Of a stretch of 64,000 nt of DNA, positions 1 to 8,332 are shown one piece after another. The first letter of the stretch is position 1. Every line of letters starts with the position of its first letter. Where the stretch lies: assembly GCA_963674705.1 (NCBI GenBank), contig OY771506.1:1952001-2016000 (forward strand), given 5' to 3'. Position numbers and translations under genes: made by a program. The stretch comes from Phycisphaeraceae bacterium. Its GTDB lineage: Bacteria > Planctomycetota > Phycisphaerae > Phycisphaerales > Phycisphaeraceae. The notes under the pieces are model-generated. The model had not been told where the DNA came from, ran no database searches, and worked only from the letters and a program-made list of their open reading frames with translations.

Positions 1-342
1 CCAGTAATACAAACGAGCCGCCTTCGGCAGCCGCACACCCATGTGATCGTCCCACCAGTACACGCTGATCTTTTCCGTGCTGATCGGCCTCGACCAGTCG
101 TACTGTACCCATTGTGTTTTCTGCTTAGGCCAGTTGCCGTAGCACCCTTCATCGCGGAAGTCGCTCTTGCGCGGCTCGATCCCGTCGTTGAGCGCACTGA
201 CACGCGTATCGCCCGAGACGTAAGACGTCGATCCCGTAGCCACCAGCGCCACGTTCGCCACTTCCTCGGCCAATACACTATTTACCAATACACTCATAAC
301 AGCCACCACCAGCCAACTATGCTTGAGTTTGATTCGATTCAT
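1..342 (-). CDS. 5' part of a secreted protein with an N-terminal discoidin/F5-8-like domain, probably a glycoside hydrolase (GH127/GH43-type); runs off the window edge
   Basis: Not in the ORF track. Manual translation from ATG at 342 gives MNRIKLKHSWLVVAVMSVLVNSVLAEEVANVALVATGSTSYVSGD...YGNWPKQKTQWVQYDWSRPISTEKISVYWWDD..., a signal peptide followed by a discoidin-like motif, open to position 1. Confidence 0.7.
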   Translation of the reverse strand, partial: MNRIKLKHSWLVVAVMSVLVNSVLAEEVANVALVATGSTSYVSGDTRVSALNDGIEPRKSDFRDEGCYGNWPKQKTQWVQYDWSRPISTEKISVYWWDDHMGVRLPKAARLYYW

Positions 343-707
343 GAAGAGGTCTTCTGATAAAGGGTTAACGTGCAAAAAGTATGTTTATTGTATCCGTTTG
401 CTTACAAAGTTTGATTTTAGCAACCACCACAAGATGCGGAACACACGAGCTACAATCACAAGATGAATTACGAATTGTAGGGTATTCGATGCACGACGTG
501 TCACGCATTCGGACAAATATCGCGCTGCCGTAACCAGCGAATCACTGGTAATTTATACCGGCATTATCCGATTGCGCAATGTAACTATGGTTTGCAATGC
601 TGCGAGGTATCACAACAGGATTCGTCATTTGAATCCAAACAAGAATTCGATATCTCAAAAATACATAGCCGCTTGCGGCTTAGCGTGGTAAACCGCGTCG
701 TGACTTG

Positions 708-1988
708 CTATTCACCCTTAAACCGCGCAATCAGTGGCGCTGCCTGGTCCGCGTTAAGCATCTTCAGGTATGCCAGCTTGCCTGCAAGGCGCTGCCGTTC
801 TTTCGGATCAACGTTGTCACCTTGTTGCTTTTGACGATGGATCGCCGCCCGCAGCAATCGGCGGTCTTTGCGCGATAAGCCCATCTGCTCGTTCACCACG
901 ACGCCCGTCACGCGCTGCCTTCGGCCGCGCCGTTGCACCTGCGTCTTGTCGCGGTTTACCGTGAAGCCTTCTTCCTTGACGATGTCGCCGACCACGCTCA
1001 GAAGCGCGCCGACGTCGGCCGAATTACAGGAAAATGTCAGGTCGTCCGCGTAGCGCGTGTAGGTGTAACCCATCTTGCGAGCAAGCCCCGCCAGCCGACG
1101 GTCAAGCCGAAGCAGGATCGCGTTGCACAAGCCCGGGCTCGTCGGCGCACCCTGAACGCAGACGCGCGGCCCGACCGGCACGTGATACACCTTGCCCTCC
1201 GCTTCAACGGGCTGACGCTCAGATTCGGTCATCAACACCGCGAGCGTCGTCGCGACCGGGTAGCTGTACCCATAGGCGATCAACAACCCGCGCACCCGCC
1301 CGAAGTGTATCGACGGGAAACAATCTTTCAGGTCGATCCGCACCACGACTTCTTTGCCTACGTGCGCCGCTGCATTGCTTGCGACACTACGCGAGGTGAT
1401 GAAGCCGTGTGCGTGTTCGCTGATCGGCAGCTTGCTGACGAGCAGTACGTTTAGCTTGCGCTGGATCGCTTTGAGCTTTTGCTTGGGCGCGTGGATGATG
1501 CGCGTGCCGCCGCTGTGTTTTCGTATCGCAAAGCAGATGTAGTGCGGCGAGGTCTCTCGCTCGCGGTGGATGCTGTAGTGTCTGAGTTGCCCGACCGTCA
1601 GTCCGAGCGCTTGGGCGACATCCTGCTCGCTTTGCCAGACGGGCAGGTTGTAGCGGTTGAGCTGTTCTTTGTCTGTTGCCAGGTCGCGGATGTTGCGGTT
1701 GTTCGTCCGCATCGTCGAACTGAACAGCCGGTCCGCCTCTTCGCGCTGCATCAGTTTCTTTTTCTTCGACGTGGACCAGATGTTGCCGGTGCGCTTCGGC
1801 TCTTTTTTCGGAAGCAGGCGAGGGTCGCGCACGGTCAAGCGGCGATGGTTCGGCTTGATCGGTTCGCGTTTGGTGCTGACCGTTTCGGCCGTCGCAGACG
1901 CATCGGTATGGTCCGTCGACCGGGAGACATCGCGTGTCACCCGGCGCGGTTGGCCGAACAATCCTCGGAGCCAATCGATTAATCCCAT
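708..1988 (-). CDS. Retron-type RNA-directed DNA polymerase (reverse transcriptase) with N-terminal extension
   Basis: RT motifs DLKDCFPSI, QGAPTSP and YADD; retron signatures NAxxH (SNAAAH) and VTG (QRVTGVVVN). Confidence 0.95.
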   Translation of the reverse strand: MGLIDWLRGLFGQPRRVTRDVSRSTDHTDASATAETVSTKREPIKPNHRRLTVRDPRLLPKKEPKRTGNIWSTSKKKKLMQREEADRLFSSTMRTNNRNIRDLATDKEQLNRYNLPVWQSEQDVAQALGLTVGQLRHYSIHRERETSPHYICFAIRKHSGGTRIIHAPKQKLKAIQRKLNVLLVSKLPISEHAHGFITSRSVASNAAAHVGKEVVVRIDLKDCFPSIHFGRVRGLLIAYGYSYPVATTLAVLMTESERQPVEAEGKVYHVPVGPRVCVQGAPTSPGLCNAILLRLDRRLAGLARKMGYTYTRYADDLTFSCNSADVGALLSVVGDIVKEEGFTVNRDKTQVQRRGRRQRVTGVVVNEQMGLSRKDRRLLRAAIHRQKQQGDNVDPKERQRLAGKLAYLKMLNADQAAPLIARFKGE

Positions 1989-2007
1989 GACCGGCTCCGA
2001 TCAAAAC

Positions 2008-2193
2008 GAGGAAGACGCGAATGCCCGGGTTCTCTGGTGGACCACTCGCAAGGCTCTGGACTCGTGGCCTCCCGGCGTTGCGTACGCTGGGAACCGTGGC
2101 GGTGTGAAGCATACAAATCACCACCGCGGCGAAACACCGCGGCATCGTTGGCTGGTCGCAAGCCACCGAACCCGGGCATCACGCGTCCTCCTC
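2008..2193 (-). ncRNA. Retron msr-msd non-coding RNA (predicted)
   Basis: Inverted repeat 2008-2032 / 2168-2193 (about 25 bp, one bulge, G-U wobbles on the minus strand) enclosing hairpins at 2149-2165, 2124-2142 and 2070-2092, directly upstream of the RT start. Confidence 0.8.
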
Positions 2194-3783
2194 TTCGTTG
2201 GAAGTCTCATTATATTCGTCGCCGCTGTCAACCTCCCAGCGCGACGGCTGTTTACGCACCTGTTGTGTATCACTCTCCATCGCCGAGGTGCTGCTTGGCT
2301 GATCCTTACGCTGCGGCTCGCTTGCCTTGAAAAGCGCAAGCATGTGCTCGCAAGGTCCCTGGTTCATCAGGTTCTCATCGAAGAACGGGCAGCCGCATCG
2401 GCCGAAGATGATCCGACCCGAATCGTTGACCACCACCTCGACCGGTTTCACGCCGTCCACCTCGCCAAGCACGCGCCAATCACGATACACCACCTCGCGC
2501 GTGATCTTTCCCTCGGGCGTCTTCAGCTTACGCACCTTCTTCGTCTCTTCGACGTTGCACGAATCGATCTGCACGCGCTGTTCGTTCAGGAACTTCTCTG
2601 CTAACTCACGCCGACGGTCGGGCGGGAAGTACGTCGCTTCATCGGCAGGCTCTTCGAATAACTCACGATGCCGGTAACGCCGGTTCTCGACATCAAACAT
2701 GCACTGCCCACGCCGACACAGCCGCACCAACGTGCGCGACGCCGTCGGGTGATCGACGCCAAGCGATTCAGCCACCTCGCCGATCGATGCGTGATACTTT
2801 TCTCGCAATAAGCCAAGCACCGGCTCAAGTAGTCCATCATCCGCCTGCGCCGCTTCGGCCAGCGCATCGAACCCACCAGTTCCCGTAAACGCAGAGCCCG
2901 ACCAGCCCGTCATCCCCAGCAGGAACGTCATGCCCGGCAGCTTCACCGCGTAAAAACTCGGTAGCGCCCGGCCCTTCAGATAAATATCCACGCTCTCAGC
3001 AAACGGCAGCAAACCCTCGATCAGCTTCAGCCGCTGCCTGCCCCACACGCGCGTCGACTTCTGCTCCGTGTAGTTGTGTTCCGCGCCGATCAACGGCACG
3101 ACATGCTCCCAAGGCTCAAGCACCAGCCGCGCATCCTCGCCCGGCGGGAACTCATACCGCAGCGCACGCGGCGAAACCTTCGCCTTCGTGTATCGCATGA
3201 ATCGGATCGCAGATAACAAATCGATAGGCTTCACCGTCAGCCGTGTGCCCGGCATGCCCATCGCCGCCTGCACCTGCAAAAACCCGCGCACCCACGTCTC
3301 GGGCAGCTTCACCTTCTTCTCAAACCGCCCGCCCGCGCTCTGCGTCTCCACCGTTACACCCTCCGCGCCGATGCGGAACGTCGTCTCCCGGCTGCTTCGC
3401 ATCTCACCCAACGCGCCCCACAACCACGCGGTGAAGTCGATGTTCGTCGTCCCCGTCTGCACCTCGCCGACCGGCTCGAACACATCAGGGTCAACGATCA
3501 ACGCCGCATACGTCGATTGATCCTGGCTGAACGCTTCAAAGAAAATCCGATCCGGGTGCACCGTGATCACCGGGTCCAGCAAGTCGCTCTGCGCGATCCA
3601 CGTATCATCCGACCAGATCGCTTCGCCCAGCGCCCGCATCGCGACGCGGAAGATAAACCCGTGCTGCTTGATCTTGCCGTGGAAACGCACGGGCCGACGC
3701 GCGTTAGCCGCGATCCCAAGGTTCGCGCTGCTGCGGTCCGCTTCAAACACCGAAGGCGATGCGTAGTCGATCAGCACGATCAT
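2179..3783 (-). CDS. SWIM zinc-finger protein with internal winged-HTH, retron-associated
   Basis: C-terminal CxC-x12-CxH (GRCGCPFFDENLMNQGPCEH); HTH-like segment ASIGEVAESLGVDHPTASRTLVRL; acidic tail; ATGA overlap with the upstream gene. Confidence 0.85.
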   Translation of the reverse strand: MIVLIDYASPSVFEADRSSANLGIAANARRPVRFHGKIKQHGFIFRVAMRALGEAIWSDDTWIAQSDLLDPVITVHPDRIFFEAFSQDQSTYAALIVDPDVFEPVGEVQTGTTNIDFTAWLWGALGEMRSSRETTFRIGAEGVTVETQSAGGRFEKKVKLPETWVRGFLQVQAAMGMPGTRLTVKPIDLLSAIRFMRYTKAKVSPRALRYEFPPGEDARLVLEPWEHVVPLIGAEHNYTEQKSTRVWGRQRLKLIEGLLPFAESVDIYLKGRALPSFYAVKLPGMTFLLGMTGWSGSAFTGTGGFDALAEAAQADDGLLEPVLGLLREKYHASIGEVAESLGVDHPTASRTLVRLCRRGQCMFDVENRRYRHRELFEEPADEATYFPPDRRRELAEKFLNEQRVQIDSCNVEETKKVRKLKTPEGKITREVVYRDWRVLGEVDGVKPVEVVVNDSGRIIFGRCGCPFFDENLMNQGPCEHMLALFKASEPQRKDQPSSTSAMESDTQQVRKQPSRWEVDSGDEYNETSNEEEDA

Positions 3784-5690
3784 GCGACCACCTCCGCCGC
3801 TTCTTCAAGCCCGTACACGACAGGCCGCTCCGCCGCTAAGCGCAATCCCGGATATGCATGCAATACCCGACCGATCAGGCCGATCAATTGCTCCTTCGGA
3901 TACTTCTGGTCCGGCAAGCGCAACGCAAGCCGCGCCCGCTCCAGCACACGCTTCGCCGACGCCGCATCGTGCCTCGCCGCATTCGCCAGCGCATCGAACG
4001 CCGGCAGCCTCGTCTTACGATGGATCGGCCGGAGCAGCGTGCCCAGCAATATGTCCAACTGCTCCGCCGCCAGCGCACGCGCCTTTTCGTTATCCTGCTC
4101 CAGCACGCGATACGCCAGCATCTGCACGTGGATGTCCGACCCTTCGATCAGGTCACACACCGCGCCGGGCACTTCCAAGTAACTCTCAAACGACCGCACA
4201 AACATCAACCGCGCCAGCTTGTTCGTCTTCAACAACCGGTGATAGTCGTAAATCGAAAACGCCGGCACGCGCGTCAATACCTCCGATGCACGCTGCGCAA
4301 ACGCCGCCGGATCGCGATCGCGAATCGCCTGGTAATAATCGCCGAGCTTGTCCGCGGTCTCCATGAGTTTGTCTTGCTGCTTGTGCCCATAGATGTAGCT
4401 ATACGACGCCCGCGTCACATACCGGCTCGCCATCAGGTCGATCAGTTCTTCATCGTTTGCCTGCTGTGCCGCTTCAAGTAAAAGCGGATACCCACCCCAC
4501 CAGCTCGGCGTCACATGCGCTTTGTAAGGCCCGTGAATCAATCCGGGATACCGCTCATACATTTGGGCCGCGAGTTTGTCCTCCAGCCCGTGCACCCTCA
4601 CCATCCCGAACCCCGCCCAGTTCCACTCGCGCGACGCGCCCGCCAGCGCCCGCAACCGATCCAGCCGCTGTTCTTCTGCTAACCCATTATCAGCAAGCAG
4701 GTCCGACACCGCTTTGTTGAACGTGCTCGGATTACGATCCAACCGGATCGCCGTCGCCCACAGGTCCCACCACCCACGCTGCGCCGCCAGCTTGATCAAA
4801 GGCGTACCCCGGCTGCCGAACCACCCGCCGATCGCGCTGTTCAGGTTCGCTCGAACGTAAGGCATCACATCGCGCCCGCGCGCCTCAAGCAACTGCACCA
4901 TCCCCGATACCAGGTCCAGCCCGTAACCCGTCGGGTGAATCTGCTCAAGCGCTTCGTTCAGTTCTTCCGCATCACGCACCGACCCCGTCAGCCGCAGTGC
5001 ATCCTGCTGCCATTCCTTGACCGGCACCATCTTGCGGTAAAGCTCGTTCGCAAAATCCTTGTCCTGCGCATCACGCGCCGCCTGCTCCAGCTTCAGCCAG
5101 CGTTTGCGTTTTTCGCTACCCCAGAAACTCACCGGCAGATGCTTCAATATCATCGCGCTTGATGCGTGATCGATCCCGTACAGCTCTATCGCCGAATCTT
5201 CATCGAATTGAAACCACAGATCATTCTCATCCAGCACGATCGCCCGCGCCGCTGCCGTCGGCGCTTCGCGATACGCCTGGATCATGTCACGCTTCAGCAA
5301 CACGGTATTGATACGCCAGCCCGATGCCGGCGCATACCGCCACTGCATCAGCTTGCGGACCATCGTCGTGTCGCGGTGCTTTCGAGCGCTGGCAAGCCAC
5401 GCTTCCAACTCATCCGCGTAATCCGTCCAACGCACGCGCGCCCAGCGGAAGTTCGGCTCGATCATCCAGTCCGAAAAATGATTCAGAATCAAAGGCCGAA
5501 ACAACACACGGTTCCGCTCGTACAACATCGGCCCCCAGAACCACGTCAGCCCCGGGAACACATCCGATCGCGTCAGCCCCTCAATATGATCGCGCAGCCG
5601 CTGATCGTTCGGCTGCTGCTCGATCAATTCCTGCAGCGTCTTCTGTAACTGTTTGGCTTCCTGGCGTAACTTCGACACGTGATCCCCCAT
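3780..5690 (-). CDS. Large alpha-helical (ARM/HEAT-like) hypothetical protein, retron-associated
   Basis: 636-aa ORF rich in Ala/Leu/Arg/Trp, no signal peptide, GGAG RBS, translationally coupled to the SWIM gene. The fold is inferred. Confidence 0.7.
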   Translation of the reverse strand: MGDHVSKLRQEAKQLQKTLQELIEQQPNDQRLRDHIEGLTRSDVFPGLTWFWGPMLYERNRVLFRPLILNHFSDWMIEPNFRWARVRWTDYADELEAWLASARKHRDTTMVRKLMQWRYAPASGWRINTVLLKRDMIQAYREAPTAAARAIVLDENDLWFQFDEDSAIELYGIDHASSAMILKHLPVSFWGSEKRKRWLKLEQAARDAQDKDFANELYRKMVPVKEWQQDALRLTGSVRDAEELNEALEQIHPTGYGLDLVSGMVQLLEARGRDVMPYVRANLNSAIGGWFGSRGTPLIKLAAQRGWWDLWATAIRLDRNPSTFNKAVSDLLADNGLAEEQRLDRLRALAGASREWNWAGFGMVRVHGLEDKLAAQMYERYPGLIHGPYKAHVTPSWWGGYPLLLEAAQQANDEELIDLMASRYVTRASYSYIYGHKQQDKLMETADKLGDYYQAIRDRDPAAFAQRASEVLTRVPAFSIYDYHRLLKTNKLARLMFVRSFESYLEVPGAVCDLIEGSDIHVQMLAYRVLEQDNEKARALAAEQLDILLGTLLRPIHRKTRLPAFDALANAARHDAASAKRVLERARLALRLPDQKYPKEQLIGLIGRVLHAYPGLRLAAERPVVYGLEEAAEVVA

Positions 5691-5702
5691 AGGTTCTCCG
5701 GT

Positions 5703-5731
5703 AGTAAACCGTATCTGTTGGACAATGTCAA
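5703..5731 (-). promoter_or_regulatory. Candidate sigma70 promoter of the retron operon
   Basis: TTGACA-N17-TTTACT on the minus strand; the -10 is weak and close to the RBS; a GACA-N-TGTC palindrome overlaps the -35. Confidence 0.3.
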
Positions 5732-5823
5732 TACATCGAATGTATGAATTCGATCAAATCTTTTGATAGCAGTGCTGCATCACAACGCAGGCCTGCTGGC
5801 GCTCACTGCGGTACAATGTGGTC

Positions 5824-6831
5824 ATGTCGCGTGTGCTGCTTGTCATTTTGTTATTTATGCTGCCTGGATTGATTATGAGCGAACCTGTTTCTGCGGAGTC
5901 TTCTACCAGCGAACCTATCAAGACCTCGAAACTTACGGACATCTACATGCGTGATGCGTGTGTGTTGCCTGTTGAGTCGACGCAGACTTACGTGTTGGTG
6001 GCATCGGCACGCGGTGCGGCGGTGCGTGCTTATACGAGCAAGGACCTTGTTGATTGGGAAGGGCCTCACATCATTTACCAGACGCCCGCCGAGATGTGGG
6101 GCGAGGAAGTTGAGATCCAAGGCATCTGGGCGCCGGAGCTGCATGCCTACAACGGCAAGTACTACCTTTTCCTCACATTCAACAGCACGAAGCTGCTAGG
6201 CGAACAATGGCGCGACTGGCTGCCGCGCGTTCGTCGTGCATCGCAGGTGCTGGTCGCGGATGATCCGCTTGGGCCTTTCAAACCGTTCAGCAATGAGCCG
6301 ACGCTGCCCGCCGACATGATGACGCTCGACGGCACGCTCTGGATCGAGGACGGCAAACCTTACATGGTCTACTGCCACGAGTGGGTGCAGATCTCCAACG
6401 GCACGGTCGAGATGATTGAGCTTAAAGACGACCTGTCCGAAGCCATCGGCGAGCCTACGCGCCTGTTCCGCGGCAGCGACGGCCCGTGGAACCGCATCTC
6501 CCCCGACTACGGCAACTTCGTCACCGACGGCCCATGGCTACACCGCAGCAAGTCCGGCAAGCTCTTCATGATGTGGTCCGGCTTCAGCCATTCCGGCTAC
6601 ACCGTCGGTTTAGCCGTCTCCGAATCAGGCAAACTCGCAGGCCCGTGGAAACAACAATCTGAGCCGATCTACAAAGACGACGGCGGTCACAGCATGCTCT
6701 TTGAAACCTTCGACGGCCGACTCGTGATGACGCTGCACACACCGAACGGCGGGAAACTCACACGCATCCGGTTGTTTGAGATGGAAGATATGGGAGAGAC
6801 GTTGAAGGTGGTGGGGGGATTTACAGAGTAA
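5824..6831 (+). CDS. Glycoside hydrolase family 43 (secreted)
   Basis: Signal peptide; MRDACV, IWAPELHAYNGKYYLF, TLDGTL, HEWVQ and VTDGP motifs. Confidence 0.88.
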   Translation: MSRVLLVILLFMLPGLIMSEPVSAESSTSEPIKTSKLTDIYMRDACVLPVESTQTYVLVASARGAAVRAYTSKDLVDWEGPHIIYQTPAEMWGEEVEIQGIWAPELHAYNGKYYLFLTFNSTKLLGEQWRDWLPRVRRASQVLVADDPLGPFKPFSNEPTLPADMMTLDGTLWIEDGKPYMVYCHEWVQISNGTVEMIELKDDLSEAIGEPTRLFRGSDGPWNRISPDYGNFVTDGPWLHRSKSGKLFMMWSGFSHSGYTVGLAVSESGKLAGPWKQQSEPIYKDDGGHSMLFETFDGRLVMTLHTPNGGKLTRIRLFEMEDMGETLKVVGGFTE

Positions 6832-6944
6832 CAAAGCATGTATTTTTGTTGCACACGTTACTGCTGCACGGTTAAAGTATGTTGTCCGGCAAGACCAACG
6901 TGATCCGTCATGAACCACCACCCCTTCGGTTGGAGGATTGAGTT

Positions 6945-8060
6945 GTGTACAGGCAATATCGATTCATCACTTCTGTTAAAGCGTCTCTGTTGCTTATTGT
7001 GATCACGACCCTGGTCGCCATAGGGATCGCCTCGCAGGTGTACGCTGATCAACAAGAGGGTGCTTTAAGTAACAAATATATTGAGGCAGAAGCCGCGTTC
7101 GAAGAGGTGATCACCTCGGTGTCCTATGACTACGGGAGACTCAATGAGCTCACTGAGAGTGGCCTTGGGAGAGGTAGTGTTTTCAGTGTGATATATCGGT
7201 ACTCGGCAAGTATCTATGCCAAGCGCGAGCCAGAGCATGCGGTTGATTACCTTATCTGGCGCATCACACAACCGAATGCAAGAGGTGCTGGTTTTTCCGA
7301 GTCAAAGTACATTGCTTCAATGTGTCTTGGTGGTCTGGCACGTAATGATCCTGAAGCGGTTCATGCAATCGACAAGTTGTTCCGCGAAGGGGGGGAACCG
7401 GCTGTTTACATACTGATGAGCACTATAGAAAACATGCCGATACGCGAGCGACAAGAACTCGTGGGGCAATGGGTAAAAGAGTGGTTAGCATCTGATGGTG
7501 ATGTCCACATGAACTGGAGCATGTCTCGGGTCCTTCACGAGCTGCGTATAGCCGGTAGCCCGGAGATGATTGAAGTGCTGGATGACATCTTAAAGGGCGA
7601 ATACGAAAACGTTATTCTATCTACAGATGTTGTCGACAGTATTCACAAAGTGATTGCTGCGATCCGGTCTCGAGAAGGGATGGATGATGAGACACTAGAA
7701 AAGGAAGCATACTTCGCAGAAGTTCTGAGTGAAGCGGGTACGAACGTCGTAGGGCATGTTACAGGGGGTACCGGGATAAGGGTCAGTGAGAAAATTGTAT
7801 ATCAGGCTACGGTGTCGTTGTTTGATGATTATTCACACCCTTTCGACAGGCGAATACCTGTGGATGTCCTTATATCCTACGTGGATGGATCTCGACCATA
7901 CGCTACGGATGATCAGGTTTATGCCGCCATCGCATTCCTGGGTTTTTCGAAAGATCCTAAAGCGATTCTTATCCTGAGAGAGCTAGCGAACAGCGAAGAT
8001 CCATATATATCAGGTCCTGCGAAGCTGGCTCTCATAGACGGTGGTTTTGAAAAGCCCTGA
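6945..8060 (+). CDS. Hypothetical secreted protein with a HEAT-like C-terminus, lower GC
   Basis: 371-aa ORF with an N-terminal hydrophobic segment and C-terminal AAIAFLG...LRELANSEDPYISGPAKLAL. Confidence 0.65.
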   Translation: MYRQYRFITSVKASLLLIVITTLVAIGIASQVYADQQEGALSNKYIEAEAAFEEVITSVSYDYGRLNELTESGLGRGSVFSVIYRYSASIYAKREPEHAVDYLIWRITQPNARGAGFSESKYIASMCLGGLARNDPEAVHAIDKLFREGGEPAVYILMSTIENMPIRERQELVGQWVKEWLASDGDVHMNWSMSRVLHELRIAGSPEMIEVLDDILKGEYENVILSTDVVDSIHKVIAAIRSREGMDDETLEKEAYFAEVLSEAGTNVVGHVTGGTGIRVSEKIVYQATVSLFDDYSHPFDRRIPVDVLISYVDGSRPYATDDQVYAAIAFLGFSKDPKAILILRELANSEDPYISGPAKLALIDGGFEKP

Positions 8061-8210
8061 ACTTGTTTGCTCCACCCACCCTACGTGCAGGATTTTATTT
8101 AATGCATGTGTAACAAATCCACCCGACCAGGATGGTCGGGCTATAAGTAAAAATAGCTTGAAGGGAGAGGGGGTTGTGTATGGCCGTGACCGATGGTCGC
8201 GGTTTAACAT

Positions 8211-8268
8211 ATTTAGCCCCACGTCGATGACCTGGGGGAGGCCCCGGGTCGTCGACCCGGGGCTAAAT
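8211..8268. repeat. REP-like long hairpin, family A copy 1
   Basis: ATTTAGCCCC-ACGTCGATGACC...GGTCGTCGAC-CC-GGGGCTAAAT, imperfect palindrome. Confidence 0.75.
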
Positions 8269-8332
8269 GGGTGAGGGGTGGGTTTTTTGGGGGGGTAGTT
8301 TAGAATGGTGCGGTTGTTTGTGTCTTATTTGA

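Noticed and set aside
43..357. Plus-strand 104-aa ORF
   Set aside because: It is the shadow of the minus-strand gene starting at 342.
708..1988. RT as group II intron, DGR or CRISPR-associated RT
   Set aside because: No maturase/endonuclease domain or intron ends, no TR/VR pair or avd gene, no cas genes; NAxxH and VTG indicate a retron.
1387..2604. Long overlapping ORFs 1387..2166 (-) and 1657..2604 (+)
   Set aside because: High-GC alternative-frame shadows with no recognisable motifs; the same applies to most other nested ORFs in the track.
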